Below are positions 49,226 through 59,272 of a stretch of 64,000 nt of DNA, in pieces. Each line of letters starts with the position of its first letter. Position 1 is the stretch's first letter. The notes below the pieces were generated by a model. That model was not told the origin of the DNA, searched no databases, and worked only from the letters and a program-made list of their open reading frames with translations. The position numbers were made by a program, and so were the translations under genes. The stretch is from Promethearchaeota archaeon (GTDB lineage: Archaea; Asgardarchaeota; Lokiarchaeia; Sigyniarchaeales; SOKP01): assembly GCA_018238625.1 (NCBI GenBank), contig JABCSY010000001.1, forward strand, positions 45,279 to 109,278. The letters run 5' to 3'.

Positions 49226-49714
49226 ATGAGTAAAAAAAAAGGTCAAGAAAAAGTATTTGAAATTAAATGGAAAACTAACTTACCCTATAGATATTCAATT
49301 GGCAAACTTGCAGTTAAATTTTTCGAGGAACTCAAGAAAAATAAAAAGATAATGGGAAGTAAATGCTCAAAATGTGGCAAGGTAAATTTTCCACCAAGAG
49401 CAGTTTGTGCCGATTGCATGGTTGAAATGACTGTCGACGATATGGTTGAATTACCCCCTAAAGGTACCTTGGAAGGTTTCACGGTAGTTAATTATCCTTT
49501 CACTGATCCTAACACTGGGGGGATGCGCCCCTTTCCATATGGTTACGCACTATTTAAATTGGATGGCGCTGATACTTATACAATGCACTTTATTAACGAA
49601 ACAGATCACACCAAGATGAAAGTTGGACAACGCGTTGAGGCCGTTTTTAAAGAAGAAAGAGAAGGTAACATAGGAGACATTATGTATTATAAAGTTATTA
49701 AAGAGGAGGGATAA
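49226..49714 (+). CDS. DUF35 Zn-ribbon/OB-fold protein
   Basis: CSKCG...PPR..CADC; G.RVEAVF. Confidence 0.9.
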   Translation: MSKKKGQEKVFEIKWKTNLPYRYSIGKLAVKFFEELKKNKKIMGSKCSKCGKVNFPPRAVCADCMVEMTVDDMVELPPKGTLEGFTVVNYPFTDPNTGGMRPFPYGYALFKLDGADTYTMHFINETDHTKMKVGQRVEAVFKEEREGNIGDIMYYKVIKEEG

Positions 49715-49717
49715 AAA

Positions 49718-50167
49718 ATGAGCCAAGAGATTGAGAAAAAAGTATTTAGAGGTAGAATTAAAGTACCTTATAAACACACTGCCGGAGCTTATGTTGAAAA
49801 ATTTATTACCGAAATTGGAAAAAACAACAAAATCTTCGGCGTAAAATGCCCAAAATGCCAAAAAATTTACGTTCCTCCCAAAATGATTTGTTTCGAATGT
49901 TTCGAAAAAATGGAAGAATGGGTCGAAGTCGGAAACCAAGGAACCGTTAAAGGCTTTACTGTTATCACGCACTCAACACCAGTATTACCCTTAGAGCCAC
50001 CTTTTGCTTATGGAATTATCACGCTCGATGGGGCAGATACAGATTTTGTGCACATAATAAAAGAAAGCGATCCAAAAAAGCTGAAAATAGGTATGAGAGT
50101 AGAGGCTGTGTTTAAAGAGGCACCACGAAAAAGAATATTGGATATAGAATATTTCAATCCAATATAA
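49718..50167 (+). CDS. DUF35 Zn-ribbon/OB-fold protein
   Basis: CPKC....PP...CFEC; LDGADT; GMRVEAVF. Confidence 0.9.
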   Translation: MSQEIEKKVFRGRIKVPYKHTAGAYVEKFITEIGKNNKIFGVKCPKCQKIYVPPKMICFECFEKMEEWVEVGNQGTVKGFTVITHSTPVLPLEPPFAYGIITLDGADTDFVHIIKESDPKKLKIGMRVEAVFKEAPRKRILDIEYFNPI

Positions 50168-50249
50168 GATAATTTATTTATAACTTTTTTTTATTTCTAT
50201 TATTATTATATTAATTAGTTAATGAATTGAATTTTAAAAGTGATAAAAG

Positions 50250-51074
50250 ATGGATAGTAATATTGTTTTAGTAGAGGAAAATGAAGAAAAAACGATAACT
50301 ACGATCACCCTTAACCGGTTAGCTAAAAGAAATGCTATAAATTATGAAATGTTAATAGCATTTGAGAAAGCTCTAGATCGCATTGAACGCACTAACACTA
50401 GAGTTGTCATAATAACAGGTGGTGAGGATATTTTTAGTGCTGGTATCGATTTAAATTTTTTAACTGGACAAGAAAAAGATCCTGAAGGAGCCATTCCAGA
50501 TTTAAAAATACCTCGCAATTTTAGATATTTTATGAATACTAGACTACAACCTGTTTTTACAAAAATTGAAAAAATGGAGAAACCCGTGATAGCTAAAATT
50601 AACGGCTACTGCTTCGGAATGGCGTTTGAATTAGCTTTAGCGTGTGATTTCCGGTTTTGTCGAGATTCTGCGATCTTTAGCCTACTAGAAACTAAGATGT
50701 CAATAAATCCAGATGTAGGGGGCACAATAAGGTTAACTAGACTAGCAGGCATTCAAAATGCGAAAGACATCATTTTAACTGGGAGAGAGTTTGATGGCAA
50801 TGAGGCGTATAGGTTAGGAACGGTGAACAGAGTAGCAAAAACACAAGATGAATTAGACTCGATAATTAAGATGTATACTGACGAACTTATTGAAAGTGGT
50901 CCTTTAGGTGTTGGTTTAGCTAAAAAATTAATTGATAATTGTTATGGTAAGGAAGTAACATTTGGATTAGAATTAGAAACTCTTATCAGTTCTCAATTAC
51001 TCCAAACAAAAGATACTGTAAACGGAGCTTTAGCTAGGCTTCAAAAAATAAAACCCAAATGGCGTTGGAAGTAA
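50250..51074 (+). CDS. Enoyl-CoA hydratase (crotonase)
   Basis: FSAGID, KPVIA.ING, both catalytic Glu (AFELA and LETK). Confidence 0.9.
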   Translation: MDSNIVLVEENEEKTITTITLNRLAKRNAINYEMLIAFEKALDRIERTNTRVVIITGGEDIFSAGIDLNFLTGQEKDPEGAIPDLKIPRNFRYFMNTRLQPVFTKIEKMEKPVIAKINGYCFGMAFELALACDFRFCRDSAIFSLLETKMSINPDVGGTIRLTRLAGIQNAKDIILTGREFDGNEAYRLGTVNRVAKTQDELDSIIKMYTDELIESGPLGVGLAKKLIDNCYGKEVTFGLELETLISSQLLQTKDTVNGALARLQKIKPKWRWK

Positions 51075-51155
51075 AATTCATAAATTTTTATTTATTTTTT
51101 AATGTTTTTTTTTAATTGTTATTTTTTATTATTTAAAATATATATAATAAAAAAA

Positions 51156-52355
51156 TTAAGTTAAAGTTAGGTCTAAATGGATATCTGTAATTGGGTAAGA
51201 TATACATGGATGTATATAGCTGAGATCCTTATCTACCTCCCGTATAGTCACCTCTGGTGGGACAAATATTTTGCCCGAAATCATTTTTGTTCGGCAGAAA
51301 GCACATTCGCCTGAGCGACATCCACTAGCGATTTCGATTCCTAGTTCTTTTGATCGTTCTAGACTATTTAAAAGCGGTTCTATGCATGATCCTTCAATTA
51401 CTATTTTTTCTTTCGAAGCATGACGTCTAAATTCTACGGTAATTTGAACTTTCTTAGAGGCATCTATTTCTCGAGGCCACCCCATAACTTTAGTGATGTC
51501 GTCAGGAACTCCAAACGCCTCGTAATACATTCGATGCTTAGGAACTCCAAGAACTTTTAATTCTTCGTCTACGAATTGGTACATGGCACGATTGCCAACA
51601 ATGTAAAAGTACTTGTTTTCAATTGATACGATTTCGCTTAATATCTTATCCTTTGAGATAAAACCACATTCTCCTTTCCATTCTGGAGTTGGTTCTGAGA
51701 GGATATATCTGATTTTGATATTTGATCTTCTTTTTTGGATATCTTCTAATTCACTTCGAAACAAGATATCTTTCTCAGTTAAACTTCCGAATATTAACCA
51801 AATGTTTAAGGGAAGTCTTTTCTCGGAGATATCTCTTAGCATTGACATAAAAGGCGTAATACCACACCCACCAGCAATAAATACCAAATCTTTGCCGTGA
51901 AAAATGGGATTGTAGTAGAGATTTCCTAAAGGCTCAGTTACTTCAAAAATATCACCAATTTTTACATTTTCAAAAAGAAAAGGGCTAACAAAACCACCTT
52001 CTTTCTTTCTAACGCCTAACTCGTAGTAGGAGAGTTGATTTGGAGACGAGACAAGAGAATATGGGCGTGAAGTTCGAACTCCATTAATTTCTACAGTAAG
52101 GCCTACATATTGTCCCGCACGAAAGGGCGCTAAAGGCTTATCAGGTCTCGCAGAAATAAATCTAAACAGTTTAGTATCACGGGAAAGAAGTTCAATATCA
52201 GTAACTAGTAGAGATTGCTTTTCTGGATGAATTCTATTGGATAAATTTTCCAAACCGTCGTAATACCATGGTAGAGGTTCGACTTCATCGCGCCGTTTTT
52301 TTAACTTTTCAGCTTTCTGATACTTTTTTACATCTTCCATTATTTCCTTTTCCAT
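51156..52355 (-). CDS. FNR-type FAD/NAD oxidoreductase with C-terminal 2Fe-2S domain (PaaE/KshB-like)
   Basis: RPYS, GGFVS, AGGCGITP, EAF, CRSGECAFC...C. Confidence 0.9.
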   Translation of the reverse strand: MEKEIMEDVKKYQKAEKLKKRRDEVEPLPWYYDGLENLSNRIHPEKQSLLVTDIELLSRDTKLFRFISARPDKPLAPFRAGQYVGLTVEINGVRTSRPYSLVSSPNQLSYYELGVRKKEGGFVSPFLFENVKIGDIFEVTEPLGNLYYNPIFHGKDLVFIAGGCGITPFMSMLRDISEKRLPLNIWLIFGSLTEKDILFRSELEDIQKRRSNIKIRYILSEPTPEWKGECGFISKDKILSEIVSIENKYFYIVGNRAMYQFVDEELKVLGVPKHRMYYEAFGVPDDITKVMGWPREIDASKKVQITVEFRRHASKEKIVIEGSCIEPLLNSLERSKELGIEIASGCRSGECAFCRTKMISGKIFVPPEVTIREVDKDLSYIHPCISYPITDIHLDLTLT

Positions 52356-52359
52356 TTTT

Positions 52360-53913
52360 TTAGATCCTCCCTTTAATTTTATCGCCTAAATATAACCCTG
52401 CGCCTATCCTCCCACTTAAGAGAGTAGTCGAAAATCCCCCACCAAAATTAGTCCATGCACCTACTTGATATAAACCTGGGATTGCGCCTCTACTTTTTAA
52501 TCGAAGTAAAGGCCCATTTGTAACATCTTGAGTAGTTCCATAGATAGCACCCTCTATATTTTTAGAATAACGGTAATACGTCAAAGGCGTTGCAGCTACA
52601 GCTACTTCGATATAATCGCGTATTTCAGGACAAATAGTATCTTCGATCAATGACACCATCCCATCTGCGATCTTGTCCTTTAAGTGGAAATATTGATCAG
52701 GCGCGATGTTTTGCCAAAGTTTACCCATTTGTAAAGTAGTTAAAACTAATTGAGTTGTTCCTGGAGGCGAAATATCTTCGTAAATGTGATTATAACAAGC
52801 AGCGACCATATATTTTGGAGGTTCCAACTTTCTGAAATTCTCGAACGCTTTATTTGTATCGTATAAATCGTTAATAAATGTTTCATGAGCTGTAAATCCT
52901 AAATCTTTATATGAGGCATTTAATCCAATGTAAACAGAAAAACCAGATGGGCCAATTTCTGGAGCATAAATCATTTTCTTATAACTATCTGGCACTACAT
53001 CTTGAGGAAGCATTTTCATGGTTGTACATATTGGATTAACGTTAGAAATAACTGCTTTACAAAGATAAACGCTCCCGTTAAGGAGTTTTACTCCGCTAAC
53101 TTTTCCATTTTCCACGAGAATACGGTCAACCAACGCGTTATATCTTATTTCACCACCGAGTTCTTCAAATGCTTGTACTAATGAAGTTGTTAAAGAATGC
53201 GATCTTCCTATTGGAAAAGCAGCGCCCCAATTTAAATAAAATATGAGCATCGCAATATAAGTATAGGCATTTGTTCTGCTTGGCGGTAATCCAATGTACC
53301 CCCATAGTTGAGAGATTACAGCCATCAATTTCTCATCTTTAAAAAATTTCTTGTATAATTCTGATAACGTAAGGCCCGAAATCCTCGGAATCCATGGGTG
53401 TTCTTTAAGCATGTCTTGTGGTGAAAATTTTCCACCTTTAGAAGCAATAAATATAATACCAGCCAAAACAGCTTTGCACATTTCCATGAATTCTTCGATC
53501 CCTCGTTTTTCAGAAGGAAATAATTCAATTAATTTGTTAGTATACTCTTCCATCCCAAGTGGAATTGTTACATCGTAACCATCGCTAAACACGCTTCGAT
53601 AAAACTCGGGAACTTGAATAAATTCTAGTCTATTTGGGACTATACCTAATTTTTCCAAGAATCGATAAAGACTGCCTCTATTATTTTTCGTTCCAATATC
53701 GCTTAACTCGTGCAATGCGCCCTCAAATTCAAACCGCCCTCTAACAAAAGAAGTAGCAAATCCTCCAGGTACGTTGTGTTTCTCAAGTAACAATACTTTT
53801 TCTCCTCTGAGAACAAGTTGACATGCAGCACCAAGTCCACCAAGTCCAGCTCCAATTACTATGACGGGGTATTTAGAAATTACTCTACTTTCATCATAAT
53901 TATTGTTATTCAT
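52360..53913 (-). CDS. CrtI/phytoene desaturase/retinol saturase-family FAD oxidoreductase
   Basis: GAGLGGL, EKH..PGG..SF.RG.F.F, ATPLT..RY....GAIYG, GLY.VG. Confidence 0.88.
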   Translation of the reverse strand: MNNNNYDESRVISKYPVIVIGAGLGGLGAACQLVLRGEKVLLLEKHNVPGGFATSFVRGRFEFEGALHELSDIGTKNNRGSLYRFLEKLGIVPNRLEFIQVPEFYRSVFSDGYDVTIPLGMEEYTNKLIELFPSEKRGIEEFMEMCKAVLAGIIFIASKGGKFSPQDMLKEHPWIPRISGLTLSELYKKFFKDEKLMAVISQLWGYIGLPPSRTNAYTYIAMLIFYLNWGAAFPIGRSHSLTTSLVQAFEELGGEIRYNALVDRILVENGKVSGVKLLNGSVYLCKAVISNVNPICTTMKMLPQDVVPDSYKKMIYAPEIGPSGFSVYIGLNASYKDLGFTAHETFINDLYDTNKAFENFRKLEPPKYMVAACYNHIYEDISPPGTTQLVLTTLQMGKLWQNIAPDQYFHLKDKIADGMVSLIEDTICPEIRDYIEVAVAATPLTYYRYSKNIEGAIYGTTQDVTNGPLLRLKSRGAIPGLYQVGAWTNFGGGFSTTLLSGRIGAGLYLGDKIKGRI

Positions 53914-53977
53914 AAAAAAATATTCATCTGAATAATTTTTAAAGATATGTTTTTATAATAAAAAGATAGTCCTTAAA

Positions 53978-54799
53978 TTATCGCCCAATAAAAACGGGAT
54001 CTCTTTTTTCCTTTAAGGAATTCATCGATTCGTTGAAATCTTTTGTTCTAAATACTTTTTTTAATCCCTTATTTTCTAAATCCAATGTTTTATCTAAGAT
54101 ATCAATAAAGTAAGCGTGCATGGTTTTTTTCATTAACTTAATTGACAAATATGGCCCCTTAGGCGGTATCAATCTAAGTGCCTGTTCTCGAGCATAAGGT
54201 ATTAATTCTTCGTTAGGTAATACTTTATTTACAAGCCCAAGTTCATAAGCCTTTTGAGCGGTAATTTTATCGCCAAAATAACAAATCTCCTTTGCTTTTT
54301 GGAAACCTACTAAAAAGGGTAACATAAAAGTGGAACCAAACTCGGGGATTATTGCTCTTTTGGAAAAATAAAACCCTAACCACGCATCTTCGGCCATATA
54401 AATTAGATCAGCACCCGATAAAGGCATCGTAATAGCGCCACCTATAGCCAATCCGTTTATCGCGGCAATAACAGGTTTAGAGAATTTCCAAAGTGCCATA
54501 CTTAATTTCTTTTGGGCAATGTCCATCAGATCTATCTCTGCTCTAATCTCTTTTTGGACTTTTTCAAAGAATTTAGGCTCGAAATAACCTCCAGACGAGA
54601 AAGCATTTCCTTCTGGGTTTCCAGTAATTATAAGGACTTTAGCACTATCGTCTTTTTCCATATCTTCTAAAACAGTATAAATTTCTAAAAAAGACACGTA
54701 AGACACTGCGTTCCTTCTTTCTGGTCTATTTATCGTGATTGTACAAATACCGTTTTCTTCTTTCTCATACAGAATGTCTTCAAAATCTTCTATTTTCAT
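53978..54799 (-). CDS. Enoyl-CoA hydratase/isomerase family (single-Glu, isomerase-like)
   Basis: NRPERRNA, KPVIAAING.A.G, F....IIPEFGST. Confidence 0.88.
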   Translation of the reverse strand: MKIEDFEDILYEKEENGICTITINRPERRNAVSYVSFLEIYTVLEDMEKDDSAKVLIITGNPEGNAFSSGGYFEPKFFEKVQKEIRAEIDLMDIAQKKLSMALWKFSKPVIAAINGLAIGGAITMPLSGADLIYMAEDAWLGFYFSKRAIIPEFGSTFMLPFLVGFQKAKEICYFGDKITAQKAYELGLVNKVLPNEELIPYAREQALRLIPPKGPYLSIKLMKKTMHAYFIDILDKTLDLENKGLKKVFRTKDFNESMNSLKEKRDPVFIGR

Positions 54800-54917
54800 T
54801 TTTAGTTCTAGAGTCTTTTTATTATTGATTTATAATAAATTTTCGTCTATTTATATTTTAAACTAGTTAGTAATTAAAAAAAAAAAAGATTATTTTAGCT
54901 TTTTCTGCTAAATAGCA

Positions 54918-56627
54918 TTATTCAGATTTTCCTTCTTCTCGTAATGCCCGTTTTAGGACCTTTCCAATTGAGGTTAATGGAATTTCTTCGCGGAAGTCCC
55001 AAATCTTTGGAACCTCGTATTTAGAAAGATTTTTCTCTGCGAACTGCATTATACTTTCTTTAACCTCTTCAGTTTCAGCAATACCTTCTTTTAATTGAAT
55101 AACTGCCTTAACGATTTCAGCGCCAGGTCTATCTGGGTTTGGAACACCGATAATTGCGAGTAATGCAATATCAGGATGTTTAGTCATTACTTCTTCGACA
55201 TGAACGCTATACACTTTAAAACCACTAACAATTAACATATCTTTAGTACGATCAACGATTTTTAAGTATCCATCTTCGTCAAAAACGCCTACATCACCAG
55301 TATGTACGTACCCATCTTTATCAAACGTTTTTGCTGTTGCTTCAGGTTTATTATGATATTGCTTAACTACTTGTGGACCTTTGATCAATATCTCTCCGGG
55401 TTCCCCAATTCCCATTTCTTTGCCAGTTTCTACATCAATAAGTTTAATGTCTGTATCAGGCAAGGGTAATCCTACGGTTCCAATCTTTTTAACGCCAAAC
55501 ATTGGGTTTACGGTAACAAGAACGGCTGTTTCGGTCATTCCATATACTTCAACAAACTTATTCTCTGTATGAAATTGTTTTTCAAATTCTCTTATTGCTT
55601 CTGGTGGAAAAGGGGCAGCACCACTTACATACAAGGAAATGTTATCTAATACTTCTGCTGGAATATTTTGCGATTTTGGATTATTTTGAATCATTAAAAA
55701 CAGAGTTGGGACGTTTCCAAAACTAGTGGGTTTCTTGTCGATCATTTCATCAATTATATGATCGGTATCTCTTGGATTTGCAATTAAAATTTGCGCGCCT
55801 CCTATATAATTTAAAAATAATCCTATTAAAAATCCAGCTATGTGAAAGAATGGGAATCCTGAAATAAGAATTTCTTTTCCCTTCTCTCTATTGAGCCATG
55901 TATCGAATTGATGTAAGTTTGACACTAAGTTTGAATGAACAATTTCCGTCCCTTTAGGAAGTCCAGTAGTTCCTCCAGTATATTGTAACAATGCTAAATC
56001 CTTTTTTGGATCGATATCCATTTTTTTTATGTCAATTTCAGTGTCTACAGCGTCTAAAAAAGGGACTACTGTTTTATTTGGCCATGGTTTCATTTTTCCT
56101 TTTGGTATCTTGCCAATTAATTTACCCAAAAGCACCTTAATTCCAGGGAGCCCCATAAATTCAGAAATATTCGTAGGAACAATAACCTTAAGCTTCGGTA
56201 AATTATCTAGAAATTGCGAAAAGACTTTTTCATAAATGATATCCATGGTAATTACAAATTTTGCGCTACAGTCTTCCAATTGATATGCTAATTCGTTAGG
56301 ACTTAAGAGCGGAGAACAACCAGAAACAGTACCTCCCGCTATATATGTTCCATAAGCAGAATATAGGTATTGAGGACAATTTGGAAGACAAATTGCTACG
56401 ACATCACCTTTTTCCAAACCATTCTTTTGTAAAAACGTTGCGAATTTCTGAGAATATTCTAATATCTCCTTAAAAAGAAATGTGCGCTCCATGAAATAAA
56501 AACCTACATTCTCGGGATATTTATTCATCGAATTAGTTAGTAAAGTTCCAAGATCTTCTGTTGGATAGGTTAGGGTGGGTGAAACATGAGCATCATAAGA
56601 TTTTAACCAAAATTTTTCTTTACTCAT
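54918..56627 (-). CDS. fadD: Long-chain fatty acid--CoA ligase
   Basis: YTGGTTGLPKG, YGMTE, TGD, DR.KD, GKVL. Confidence 0.92.
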   Translation of the reverse strand: MSKEKFWLKSYDAHVSPTLTYPTEDLGTLLTNSMNKYPENVGFYFMERTFLFKEILEYSQKFATFLQKNGLEKGDVVAICLPNCPQYLYSAYGTYIAGGTVSGCSPLLSPNELAYQLEDCSAKFVITMDIIYEKVFSQFLDNLPKLKVIVPTNISEFMGLPGIKVLLGKLIGKIPKGKMKPWPNKTVVPFLDAVDTEIDIKKMDIDPKKDLALLQYTGGTTGLPKGTEIVHSNLVSNLHQFDTWLNREKGKEILISGFPFFHIAGFLIGLFLNYIGGAQILIANPRDTDHIIDEMIDKKPTSFGNVPTLFLMIQNNPKSQNIPAEVLDNISLYVSGAAPFPPEAIREFEKQFHTENKFVEVYGMTETAVLVTVNPMFGVKKIGTVGLPLPDTDIKLIDVETGKEMGIGEPGEILIKGPQVVKQYHNKPEATAKTFDKDGYVHTGDVGVFDEDGYLKIVDRTKDMLIVSGFKVYSVHVEEVMTKHPDIALLAIIGVPNPDRPGAEIVKAVIQLKEGIAETEEVKESIMQFAEKNLSKYEVPKIWDFREEIPLTSIGKVLKRALREEGKSE

Positions 56628-56837
56628 TAAAATTCACTTTTTTTTTTATATTAATTTTTTTTTATTGAATTTGTTAATTAATTACTTTGCTTCATTTATT
56701 TTTAAAAGTTGATATTTTTTTATTGAAAAATTAATCAATTTCTTCATATTGAAGATAGAATAATATCAATTTTAAACGAAAAATATAGGTTTAGAAACGA
56801 ATTTGATAAAAACTTGAATTTTAAAAATCTATAAAGA

Positions 56838-57896
56838 TTATAGATATTTTTTTAATACGATCCCTATCTGTTCGGTACTGTAGTTAATATCGTCTTCGGT
56901 GATTCCATAATGAGTAACAAACCTTATCTTTTCTTTACTGATATTAAAAGCTAAAATCCCAGCCTTATTGAGTGTTGTAATAATCTTAATAATTCTAACT
57001 TTTTCCAACATTTCAATTATTACAATATTAGTATCAGTGGGATATACTTTTATTGGTAAGTTGAAGCTTTTTAATCCTTGAGCAAGTATTTTAGCATTTT
57101 TATGATCTTCGTTAAGTCTTTTTATCCATTTAGGTTCTAACGCAAGAAGGCCAAATGCAGCTATAATTCCAGCTTGACGCATGCCGCCCCCAACCAACTT
57201 TCGAAACTTTCTAGCTTTTGAAATGAATTCTTTAGAACCCGCTACAATTGACCCTACGGGGCAAGATAGCCCTTTAGACAGACAAAACATTACGCTATCG
57301 ACATGTTTAGTAAATTCTGTTACTGGAACATTCAATCCAACTGCCGCGTTAAAAATCCTCGCACCATCTAAATGAAATTTTAACTCGTTTTTATCGATAA
57401 AATACCTCATACTCTTTAAAGAATCGACACCAACTATTGCACCTCCATGGTAATTATGCGTGTTCTCCGTGCATAGAAGTGTGGTTGGTGGTTTATGTAT
57501 ATCTTCTTTATCACGAATTAAAGTTTGAAGTTGTTCAAAAGAAGGAACTCCCCTATCTGAGGGAAATGTCCTTATCATCAAACCCCCTATTCGCGCAGCA
57601 CTCCCTACTTCGTTTCCATAAATATGACTTAGTTCTTCTAATAAAATTTCGTCTCCGGGCTTAGATTGCGAAAGAAGTGAAACTAAGTTGCCTTGAGTTC
57701 CTGAAGTTACAAGCAATGCGGCTTCTTTACCAATAACTTTCGCAGCCTTTTCTTCTAACTCATTTACAGTAGGGTCTTCTCCCATAACATCATCTCCAAG
57801 CTGAGAATTACCCATTGACTTTACAAATTCCCACATTTCAGGAGAAGGTTTGGTAACTGTGTCAGATCGTAAATCAACGATTTTCATAAATATCAA
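56838..57896 (-). CDS. ltaE: Low-specificity L-threonine aldolase
   Basis: DLRSDTVT, SGTQGN, ENTHN, HLDGARIFNA, CLSKGL..PVGS, GGGMRQAG. Confidence 0.95.
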   Translation of the reverse strand: MIFMKIVDLRSDTVTKPSPEMWEFVKSMGNSQLGDDVMGEDPTVNELEEKAAKVIGKEAALLVTSGTQGNLVSLLSQSKPGDEILLEELSHIYGNEVGSAARIGGLMIRTFPSDRGVPSFEQLQTLIRDKEDIHKPPTTLLCTENTHNYHGGAIVGVDSLKSMRYFIDKNELKFHLDGARIFNAAVGLNVPVTEFTKHVDSVMFCLSKGLSCPVGSIVAGSKEFISKARKFRKLVGGGMRQAGIIAAFGLLALEPKWIKRLNEDHKNAKILAQGLKSFNLPIKVYPTDTNIVIIEMLEKVRIIKIITTLNKAGILAFNISKEKIRFVTHYGITEDDINYSTEQIGIVLKKYL

Positions 57897-58106
57897 TTTA
57901 ATTTAATTTAATTTAAACTGTGATAATGAATCATACTAATAAAAAATATTTAGAAGAATTATTAGAATATACTCATGGAGAAGTTTGAACCCAAATATCT
58001 AAAGTTTGAAATAAAACTAAAATTTTATTAATACTTTTTGTTATTCTTTTATCGTAATAGGGATTTGTAAGAATTAAATTGTTTCAGATTTTGAATATAA
58101 TTAAAG

Positions 58107-59261
58107 TTGCTTCAATTGAGTGAAATTAGAGAAATTCAATTTTTACTTTGTTTGACAAATATTATATTAGGATCTCAGTTAGTAATATTTTTTTTTTACC
58201 GATATCGGAAAATCAATGCTGAAAGGCTTCAATTAAATAAAATTTTATTGTCTTATGGTTCTATTTGTCTACTATCTATTATTAGCGCTTTCATTTTAAT
58301 AATAAATAGATTTTTTATATCTTCCCCTTATTTAAAAGAGATATTGACCAAATTAGGTTATATTCTCATATTTTTTTCTATAATTACTTTTTTATGCTTT
58401 ATATCATCAGAAGAATTTTCGAAAATTATAAAATTAAACATTATAAAGGTTTTAATAATCTTAAATTTTATTCCGATTATTTCAGTTATTTTAATTCCTT
58501 CAAATGTATTTATCTTTTCTTTTACAAAGATTATTGTTGTGGTTTTATATTTAGTATTATTAGGTACTTTCCAAACTAGACTTGTTATTAAGGCTAGAGG
58601 TAAGATAAAAAAACATCTTATCCAAATATTAATAGGAGGAATAATTTATTTCGGTTCGCTTTTTTTTATTATAGAGATTTTTATCCATTTATTATATCCT
58701 TTAGAAAATTCAACAAGTCTATTGTTTTTGTTTACGTTATTATTTATTGCTGGGTTTGTCACAATATTGTCAGGAGTTTTTGGCTTTCCAGCTTTCTTTG
58801 AACTAAATTGGGAAGAAAATCTTATTACTTTATTTATAGTCAATCAAAATAATAATAGTTGTTTATTTAAATACAATTTCTCTGGAATTTATCAAGAAGG
58901 GAGAATTTTGAAAGAGAAAAATGAATATTATCAAAAAAGCTTTGAAGGTATATTTTTAGGTGGAATAAACGGTATTGATAGGATAATTGCAGAAATAACC
59001 AATACTAAAAATGAAAAGATAAATAAAATTAAACGAGAAGATTCGCTAGTTTTTTTAGAATATGGATCGAATTTCTTTTCGAATATAACTTATGCTTTAA
59101 TTACAAAAAAGGATTTGAACAGTAACCTTTATTTTTTAAAATCTCTTAAAAAGAAGTTTGAATATATTTTTAAAGAAGTGTTGATTGATGATGAAGACTT
59201 CGAAGAAAAAAAGCAGTTATTCAAGAATTTTGATGTTATTATAGATGATCTTCTATTATAA
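58107..59261 (+). CDS. About 7-TM membrane protein with a C-terminal longin-like cytoplasmic domain
   Basis: Hydrophobic N-terminal 230 aa, then LFIV.....CLF.Y.F...GI.GI..II.EI...LEYG...ALI. Confidence 0.7.
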   Translation: MLQLSEIREIQFLLCLTNIILGSQLVIFFFYRYRKINAERLQLNKILLSYGSICLLSIISAFILIINRFFISSPYLKEILTKLGYILIFFSIITFLCFISSEEFSKIIKLNIIKVLIILNFIPIISVILIPSNVFIFSFTKIIVVVLYLVLLGTFQTRLVIKARGKIKKHLIQILIGGIIYFGSLFFIIEIFIHLLYPLENSTSLLFLFTLLFIAGFVTILSGVFGFPAFFELNWEENLITLFIVNQNNNSCLFKYNFSGIYQEGRILKEKNEYYQKSFEGIFLGGINGIDRIIAEITNTKNEKINKIKREDSLVFLEYGSNFFSNITYALITKKDLNSNLYFLKSLKKKFEYIFKEVLIDDEDFEEKKQLFKNFDVIIDDLLL

Positions 59262-59272
59262 AAGGTGTTAAA

